Positions 55,547 through 64,000 of a DNA stretch of 64,000 nt are shown in pieces. The DNA lies in assembly GCA_050230475.1 (NCBI GenBank), contig JBFLGF010000103.1:1-64000 (forward strand). The letters are read 5' to 3'. The notes beneath the pieces are model-generated. The model made no database searches. It had not been told where the DNA came from and saw only the letters and a program-made list of their open reading frames with translations. The DNA is from Ancylonema sp. Taxonomy: Eukaryota. Numbering within the stretch: the first letter of the stretch is position 1; every line of letters starts with the position of its first letter. Position numbers and translations under genes: made by a program.

Positions 55547-58500
55547 GTCAGCAGCTGGCAGAGGGCGGGGTCGGCGGAGAAGTGCGCCGTGAAGCAGAGC
55601 TCGATCTGCGAGTAGTCGGCGCCCAGCACCACCCACCCGGGCTGCCACGCCACAAAGATGGAGCGCGGACAGATGTGCACGGCCTGCGGGCCCCGCGTGC
55701 TGAGGTCGCGCTCCACACACTGCAGGTTTGGGTCGTCCACGGACAGCCGCCCCGTGCTGCAGCTGGTCTGCTGCCACTTGGCGTGCACGCGGCCGTCTGC
55801 TGTGGCCGCTGCCTGGATGGCATCGAGAGTGGAGTGGAGGAGCTTGGCCAGGCGACGGAATTCGGCGATGAGGGGTGGCAGGGGATGCAGGGGGGCGAGC
55901 GCCTCCAGGGCCTGCTTGTCTGTGCTCAGGTGCAGCTTTCCTTTCTCACTGCCCGGGGGGGGGGGCAGCTTCAGGATTTCGTACAGCACTCGCGCCACCT
56001 CCCCAGAATTGGTGAGGCTGAATGGCTGCCCCCCCCCCACCCTCTGTGCCTCCTCCTCAATCGCCTCCATCTCCCCCCTCACCACCGCCCTTATCTGCGC
56101 AAGCGCCTCCAGGTCGACCCCCACCCCCCCTGCCTCCATCTCGGCCAGCACGGGGAGCAGCGGCATCTCGATGTCTAGCAGCGGCCCCCTCAGCCCCACC
56201 TCCGGCAGCAGCTTCCACAGCTTCCTGTCCACTTCGCGGATCTGAGCCACCCGTCGGCAGCACCCATTTCTGGCGGCCGCACCGCTGGAGGGCGGCCAAG
56301 TGCCCGCTAGGTGGGCGGCCGAGGCAGCTGGGGCGGCAGGTGATGCTTGGCTGTCTTCTCCAGCGTGCGCTGCTGGGCGCTCTCCTCGTCCGGCTGCAGA
56401 ATCCACGCCATCACGCGAACATCCACCGCGGTCCCGCCCAGGGTCGCAGCCGCCACCTCCCCCACCCCCTCGCGCAGGATGCGGGGCTGGCGAAGGACCA
56501 GCAGTTGCTTCTTCAGTTCCCACCCCACCTTGCGCGCCCCTCTGCCCTCCAGCACCTCACGCACCACCGCCCACCGCTCCTCCACCCGTTTCCGCCTCTC
56601 CTCCTTTCCGCCCTTCACCTTGGCGAGGTGGACGTAGAAAACGGGCGAGTCCTGCCAGCAGACAGCTAGCCCCTCCACCCCCCCTCCGCCCTTGGCGTTG
56701 AAGTGGAAGTCGCAGTAGAACTCCTCCACTGCAGCCCACTGCTGCCAGACCGAAGCAAACCCCCCTGCCCACTTGTCCACATCCACGGGCCCCGTGATGT
56801 CAGGCGCTCGGTTCTGCACCGGAGCCTCCAGCAGCGTGCGGGGGCTGGCAGGATCAGGTCTGCGGGTACGGGGAGGCCCAGTGCTGTGAAGGCAGAGAAG
56901 GCGGCTAGCCTGGCCTCGTCTGCCTTGGCCAGCACCACGTTCCGTGCCGCGTTTCGAATCTTCCCCGCCATCATCCGCGCCCCGCGCCCACCCCCAGCCC
57001 CAGTCTCCAGCGCCAGCGCCAGCTCAGCAGGTGTGGCCTCTGCCAGCGCCTGTGGGGTCCTGAAGCCCGCCTTGTAGAGCGCCCTCGCCCTGCCCGCCTT
57101 CACAAACGGTACCGCCATCAGCTCCACGATCTCACCGCGCACCCCAAAGGCCACCCGGGACTGGAACTTGGAGATGAGTGCGGCCAGGTCCTGCCACCCC
57201 AGCCGCTCGCAGAAGGTGGCCACCATGGAGGCAAAGCGCCCGGAGGCATCCTGCAGCCCCTGCAGCTGGCCCCGGGGCACGCAGAAGGCGGCGCACACCT
57301 GGTGCAGGGGGGCCTCTTGCACCAGGCTGGCCAGCATGAGGGTGAGGTAGAAGCGGGTGCACACGCGAACCTTCTCCTCCTCCCCCGCCTTGCCCACAGC
57401 CATCTGCATCAGGAACCGCTCCTCCACGCCCACCCGCTCTGCCACTGCCTAGTCCAGGGGGGGGAGGCGGAGCAGTAAGTTGTAGAACACCCTCCAGTCT
57501 GGCTTCAGTGCCGTGAGGTGCAGGGGGGTGATCTGGTACAGCAGGTGGAGGTCGGAGGCGAGCACAATCCCCTCGCGCGCCTTGGCCAGGGCGTCAATCA
57601 CACACAGGGCCTCCTGGGGAGTGAGGCTGCTGCCAAAGGCCGCGCGCCCAAGTGGTGTGCTGCTGTACAGGCAGGTGGCGTTGTCCCACTGCACAAACTG
57701 GCGCTGGCAAAGCCATCTGAGGGCGTCAACAGCCGCCTTATTCGCCTCCTTGTCCACCTCTGCGATGGCGCTGAGCAGCGTGCAGCGCATGTAGCGCCCC
57801 ACGTCGCCTGTAGACTGCACCGCCCCGCTGGCCACCGCCTCCAGGAGGGCTCGCTTGCAACCATGGGCATCCGCAGCAAGACAGGAGCGGAGGGGGGCGC
57901 ACTCAGAGGACAGCAGCTTCACCATCTCCTTCTCCTTGCCTGGCGGGCAAATGAGCACACTCTCCCCCACATCATCCATCCCCGCCCGCCCCGCTCGTCC
58001 AGCCATCTGGCGGTACTGAGTGGCGGTCATCACGTTGCTCCCCACTCTGGCGCTGTGGAAGATGACTCTCCTGGCCGGAAGGTTCACCCCCGCCGCCAGA
58101 GTGGAGGTGGCAGTCAGCACGCGCACCACTCCGGAACGAAACCACCCCTCCACCGCCTCCCGCTCCTCTGTCTGCCAACACCAAGTCAGGAATCGAGCAA
58201 TGGAGCAGAGAAGCGGAGAAGCAGGGAGGCTTACCACCAGTCCCGCGTGGTGGTACGCCACGCCAGCTGGCAGCGTCAGTGCCAGGGTGGCATCCACTCC
58301 ACCCGGCCTCTTCCTCAGCACCTCCACTGCTGCCACCCCATCTTCCTCCCCCTCCTCGCTGTGCACCCTGTCGACCTTGGGCATGCGTGTCGCCAGCTGC
58401 TTGGCCACTGTCTCGCACTGGACTCGGGAGGCACAGAACACGAGGACCGAGTGGCCCGCCCGCACCACCTCGTAGCACAGCTCGCCCACGTCATCGCCCA

Positions 58501-60163
58501 CCCTCCGCCTCTCCACCAGGCCAGCAGGGCCGTCGCCCAGCTGGTACAGGAGGGGTCCCACCTTGATGAACTCGTGGAGGGGGACGGGGCGGAAGGTGGT
58601 TGTGTACAGAGAGGCGCCCAGCCACGCGGCCACTCCCTCCCCACCGCGCATGGTGGCGCTCATGCCCACAATCTGTAATCCGCTCGCCTGGCTCAAGCCC
58701 TCGCTCTTCAAGCTGCTCCCACCTGGCGTGTCACCGGGCGCCTTGGGGGAGGGGGCAGGTTGGGGGATGGGAGGGGGAGTTCCCCCAGCCCCGGATGCAT
58801 ACTTGAGTTTGGTGAGCATGAGCTCGAGGATGTAGCCGCGGCCGCTGTCGCCCACCATGTGCAGCTCGTCGACCACCACCATGCCCAGCTCGCCCACCCG
58901 CCCCTCCTCCAGCATCCCGTTCACCACCGTGTTGGCCTTCTCGTTGGTGCACACCCGGAGGTTGGCATCGGGTGGCACGCCCCCCCCCCCCTGCCCTCCA
59001 AAGAAGTGGCCCACCCTCTTGCCCAGGGGCGCCAGGAGGGCCTCCATGAGCTCCGCCTTCTCCGCGCACAAGGCCACGTAGGGGAGCACCAGCAGCAGCA
59101 GGCGGGAGCCCGACAGGAGGCGGCGAACCATCAGGATCTCCGCCACCAGACTCTTGCCGGCGCTGGTGGAGGCGCTGTACACCAAGTTGCCGCCCTGGAG
59201 GACGCTCCCAGTGCGCAAACACTCCGCCTGCCACGGGTACAGGCAGCGCACTCCCTTGCCAGCGTACACCGCGCAGACCTCGGGTGGTAGCCACTGGGAG
59301 AGGTCGAGGTCATCATCACCAGGTCTGGCTTCCTGGCTGATGCTGCCAGTCACCTGGGCTGGACTGTTGCCAGGTGGCCTACTAGCATTTGGTGTACCGG
59401 GTATGGGCGGCAGAGCATCAGAGCACGTGCCCACCCTCTCCCCATGTTCCACCTGGCACGGTTCCGCTATGTCAGGCGAGGGTGAGAGAGCCAACAGCAG
59501 TGACAGTGGGGGCGCAGTGGGGCAGAAGGGTTGATTGGAGGACTGTGGAGAGGGATGGGGGGGATTGGGAGGAAGAGGCTCAGTGTCCTGGCTGACACTT
59601 ACTTCAAAAGATACACCTCCTGCTCTGTTGTTGAGCCGGGTGGCATCCTGTGGCGGGGGCTTGGGAGGAGCAAGAGGCGAGAAATGAAAGTGGCGAACAG
59701 GCAGGGGTGTGGTAGGAGAGGCGAAGCGATTGTGCGCCTCGAAGGCTGCGTTGTAAACATCGTCTCCAGGGCCAGGGGACGAGGGGTGGAGGGGTGGAGG
59801 CTTAGATGATTTCACATAGATATCAAGAAATCTGTCAATCTCTCCTGCACCACCCTCTCCACACCTGCCGCTAGGTGGTAGTGCAGTGGGAGGAATGCAA
59901 TGGGATGTCGCGTGAGGGACGAGGGTCCCTGAGAGATAAATTCTGGGTTTCTTGGTCGCATTGCCCTGCACACTGTCGACCTGGCAGCCAGGGAAGGGAA
60001 CGTCGTTGCTACCACGCTCCACCAAGGGCGCCCTAGTTTTGCTGGGAGGAAGTGCCAGGTCAGCTCTTGCGTGGAGTGGAAGCGAGCGACCGAGTTCAGA
60101 GCCCCAGATGGAAGATGGAGGGAGGGGGCATTTCTTTGGCTTCGTCATGTCGCCTGAATTCAT
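54842..60163 (-). pseudogene. POLQ: DNA polymerase theta / TEBICHI (SF2 helicase plus PolA), compact, with an in-frame TAG and two apparent 1-bp frameshifts
   Basis: Helicase motifs LYPWQAEC, ASTSAGKS, VVVDELH, GMSAT, YHHAGL, TSTLAAGVNLPARRV, QMAGRAGR. Polymerase motifs TGRLS-DPNLQ, ADYSQIE, AKRLVYGMLYG, RQAVNSVCQGSAAD, QIHDE. Introns at 58234-58172 and 54986-54919; TAA stop at 54844-54842. Identity is secure; functional status is not. Confidence 0.85.
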
Positions 60164-60879
60164 TTCTGAAGCGGGGACTGCTCTCTTTTTCGCCGGGAAA
60201 ACCTAGAAGCCAACAGTTGCCAGACCGGATAGCCTTCAGTTTGAGCCATGACCCCTCTGCGTAAAATCTTTTACCAGCAACAGAACAACCAGTGGAAATC
60301 AAATCAGCCACCTGCAGTACAAGAATGAATACATTCGTACGAAATTCACAGATTGCACACAGGGAATCGCTCCCACCTCATTGATGCCGGTGTGCTTTCG
60401 CTTTTCCCTGTGAAGCGATTGCACCGAACGTGTCGCTTCCATTACTCAAGAACGGCAAAGCGTTCTTCACGAACTCAGATCAGGACCAACATTGCTATCG
60501 CAGTTGGTGCCGTAGACGGCGAGGACCCTCATACCCCGTCAGCCTCACCCGGCCGGTGGTTGGAAGCGTCCTCTACCAGAAGCGGAACTCAGCACATACT
60601 GCATACTAATTTCAAACGGCCTCAGGGCGCCAACGACGACGAACTCACTGTGAAGCTCACGGTTCGGCCCTTGTGGCGGGTTGGGATGGGTCCGTCTGCG
60701 GAACCCTGTTCGAGCCCCTACCTACTCGGAACTCGGAACTGTCAAGAGACGCTGCGGATAGGCTGGCGTATTGAAGGCAAGCTGGGCTGGGATAGGCTGG
60801 GAGCAAAGGGTGGGCACAATTGCTTGCCAGCACCACACCATTACCATTGCATTGCAACGGTCGCTAGCACATGCGATAC

Positions 60880-61210
60880 TGCGGAATTGTATATTGTTGC
60901 TAGTGTTGTCTAGTACGATCGGCTTACATATTTGTCGGTTTAGGACATGTAGTTTCTACATAGACTTGTTCTTGTAATGAGAAGGGGTTCCCGTAAGCAA
61001 TTTTCAATAATACACAATTCTCACTTTCTATTCAGAGAGAAAAGAGAGCATTGTGTTCATTGTGTGTGTATTATTTTAATTGTATTATTGCAAAAAGACG
61101 GGAACCCCATCTCATTACGAGAACGTGCTGTGTAGAAACTGTGTATACTAAATCCGTCAAATATGTGAGCCGATCGTACTTCACAATCCTAGCAACAATA
61201 TGCAACCCCA
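60880..61210. repeat. Inverted pair of a dispersed repeat (family R)
   Basis: TACGATCGGCT(T/C)ACATATTTG...GTAATGAGA-GGGGTTCCCGT...CAATAATA at 60914-61012, reverse complement at 61083-61178. Also present at ~22265-22360 and ~49490-49570. Confidence 0.85.
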
Positions 61211-62819
61211 TAGAAGAAAATGGAGCACGCGGTAGCGGGTGAGATAACATGGCCATGGCCATTTTTTCCAGTTAGAGAATCAGGTATTATTGAAAAACGA
61301 TGGGCAACCTTAGAATATAGTTAAGTCGGCTAAAAAAATCGCAAAAAAAAACCTCAATAGAGTTGTCTTGTCACACTATGATTTCAGTCAAGTTTAGATC
61401 CCCGCCATGAACGTGTTCACGTGTTAACCAAATTTTACAAATGCAAACAAATGCAAACAAATACAATGTAATTCCATAAATGTTACGTGGAAATCGCTAG
61501 ACGCCATGCTCACGTCTCTCTTGTTTTTCTTACTTGGAGAGCGCCAATCTTATTTGATCGCTACCGACGATTATCGATACACACTTCTTACATCATCCAC
61601 ATGAAAATGCATAAGCCATGTAATTTCGGTGGAAAATATAAATTCAATGTAAGAACTGTTTAGGATCCAGACTTCTTTGTTAGCCCTCCTATGTGTAAGT
61701 AATCAATTCCTCATTAACACACACTCACGTGAATAGTTTTAAAAGGTTCCGCACATTACTAATTCATTCTCAACAATAATCTGGTTAGTGCTAAACGTAT
61801 AAAAAAAAACCTTGACAAGACAGATAATATGGTGCTTCCATCTCCACGAGCACATTGATCTTGACACGTGTACTTGTGTACTTCTTCCTTCAACCGCCAA
61901 AGACGACGAAGGGCCGTCGTCGTTTCACTTTGATGTGTACGATGCGTGGACAACGCATGTCATTTGACCGTCATTTTATTATAATTACTCGACTGCCGCC
62001 GTGGAAACTTAATAATGCGTGTAACTTTCACACCCAGATCGAGGATTACACACTATTCAAAACCCCAGATGTGCGTGGGTCGCAAATCTAAAAATGTCTA
62101 CAATCACATGATACGACCGTGACGTGGCAAAGGAAGAGAACATGCTTATAAGACTTTGAGGAGAACATCATTTCGTGAAAAAAACTACTCGTTACAAAGA
62201 TTAAAAATGGAATCAATGTATATCCTCAACCTCAAGATTGAATAGAAAACACTGCAATGATGTGCTTGAGTGAACAAATGTATACATCAGGGGTTCGAAT
62301 TGCGGATGTTTTGGGACGTTCAATAGTCGATGATCCTAATAATACCTATGAACCAAGGATAACGCAAAAATATTTTGGCACGCTAAGCATACCATATAGT
62401 CGGCAAATTTTCATCGTCAACTAGCCATTCCAAACCACGCACAACCGCATTTATTATATGTTATAAAATAATGAAAGCGGATTTATCCCGATGTTCAATT
62501 TATATTTTTGAACTTTATATCCGTGTTTCTATCTATATCTGGCTTCATGTAAGAGAGAATTGTGTATCGTTGAAAAGTTAAATTATAGTATTATGTAGTT
62601 CATGTAGTTTGCCAGGACACGCATACGTCAAATATGGTTCCGTTTCGGCCCGACAAGACATGGGTGGTATTGCAAAACCCCGATACGAGGCAGAAATCCT
62701 CGATACGCTTGTCATATCGGATCGGCCAAGAAACTCTTCTGCCTCAAATCATACCCATTCTGTTCGGTTTCGGTTTGTCGAACGGTTTCTGCCTGTGGAG
62801 CCCAGGAGGCTGAAGAGCA

Positions 62820-63460
62820 TGAGGGGTCGCATGGGGTCCCAGTCAGATATAGGGCCAGGACAGGGGCTGGCCAGTCCAGATTAGACTGGCCCCAGTCCGG
62901 TAGTCCCAGTTTGCCATCCCAAGCCCACTCCGAGGGCCAGTCCCAGTCTGCCAGTATAATACTACCATCCTCACGTCTTGGAAGACGTGACTGGAGTCCG
63001 AAAAAATCTGGTCCAATCATGTGTCAGGTAATAATTCGCTCGTGCCTGGCCTTCTTACACGCATCTCCAGCCTCATTATACACGTGCCCAGTCCTTCCAG
63101 TCAACCATCCCGAAAACCCAATCTAATTGGACCCTGGAAATCACCGGACCGGGATTGGACTGGCCAGTCTCCAGTCTGAAATATCCCAAAAATAAAAAAT
63201 AAATCATAATGGGGGGTTCCTTTTCAAATTGTTTTGTTTTTATGAAAAAGAGAATTTGTTTTTATACATTTATTTTTTTCTTTTTCCGATCCTTCACACG
63301 TGCCCATCTAGAAAACACAGGTGTCCCGCCCAAAAAAAGCTGGACCCAGTCTGCCCAGTCTAAACCCAGTCCAGCCTAGTCCAGCTCAGTCCATCTCAAA
63401 ACCCCAGCTAATTAACTCCTTTCCACTACCAGACTGGAAGCGAGCTGGTCGCCCTGATAT
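62820..63460. repeat. Dense CCAGTC/GACTGG motif cluster, probable hAT/MITE-like subterminal region
   Basis: More than a dozen CCAGTC or GACTGG motifs in both orientations around an AT-rich core. TIR and TSD are not resolved. Confidence 0.5.
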
Positions 63461-64000
63461 GCTGATGAGGGGTGGTCCGACGGCGCTCTGACGACACGTG
63501 GCTGTTCAGGGCTTCGAATGAACCGCCACAGCAGAAGCCGTGTCAAATGTTGTATTTTCGTCAATTACCACACCCCGCGCCAGTCTCCGGAGATGGTTAG
63601 GCCACTCACTTATTGCAGGAAAATCCCACTTCTTGTACGGCTCGAATGCTGGTAGGGATGGCGCACACCTAAGTCAACGAGAGCCTGCTCACCTAATGTC
63701 TGTTCACCTGAGCTTCTTGTGACCTGACTGCCTTACAATTCAACTTCTACAATCTACTCAAGCCGGGAATTTTTAGTCGCCGTTCTGTGCTGCGTCGCCC
63801 CGAATCCAACGTCTCCGGCCCACAGCTGGCGCTGTACGATGGTCCTTCCATGTGACCGCCCGACCGCTGGTACTCATCCAGATGGGTCGCGTACTCACAC
63901 CTGTCGTGAAGGAAGATTCGTCCGCATTTCCTCCGTGGGCCTGCTCATGTTTGTCAGCTCGACCTTTGTCGGATTCTTGTTGGTTCGTGGTTTCGCCACC

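Noticed and set aside
57449..57451. TAA/TAG reassigned to Gln, suggested by in-frame stops in TBCCD1 and POLQ
   Set aside because: TAG ends the beta-amylase, cupin and SGNH-like genes and TAA ends POLQ at plausible C-termini. CAA and CAG are used throughout. Two stops are better explained by mutation or error.
54913..59809. Many long plus-strand and alternative-frame ORFs over POLQ
   Set aside because: Shadow ORFs of GC-rich coding sequence with no recognisable motifs.
53041..60163. Causal link between POLQ and the neighbouring duplications and filler junctions
   Set aside because: Pol theta acts in trans, so proximity is not evidence, and no clear microhomology is visible at 54293/54294.
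63690..64000. Possible minus-strand exons of a gene entering from beyond the window
   Set aside because: Splice-like sites and a short open frame are present, but there is no identifiable protein and too little sequence to support a call.

Overview
Eukaryotic nuclear DNA with GT-AG introns and plant-type genes. A streptophyte green alga or early-diverging plant is my inference; the organism cannot be fixed from this window. Genes: a 9-exon TBCC-domain gene (TBCCD1-like) with one in-frame TAA, an intact MATH-BTB gene, and a ~9-10.7 kb duplicated block carrying a beta-amylase and an RmlC-like cupin. An inverted BTB exon and a BED-finger remnant lie between the two copies of that block. Further right are an SGNH/PC-esterase-like gene (plus a truncated copy ending at an N) and a compact, apparently disabled POLQ/TEBICHI gene whose 3' end is tandemly duplicated. 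The stretch 32.8-47.5 kb is a nest of mobile elements: a pogo-like element, a non-coding TGTCG...CGACA family, solo LTRs and a degenerate Ty1/copia. Best leads: (1) the TGTCG...CGACA family with periodic end arrays and an end-to-end junction; (2) three LTR insertions whose target-site duplication lies outside 5-9 extra bases; (3) introns with mutually complementary ends in either polarity. Single Ns at 37630 and 49234 mark joins, so some duplications may be haplotype or assembly artefacts. All alignments were done by eye, and family assignments come from remembered motifs, not searches.
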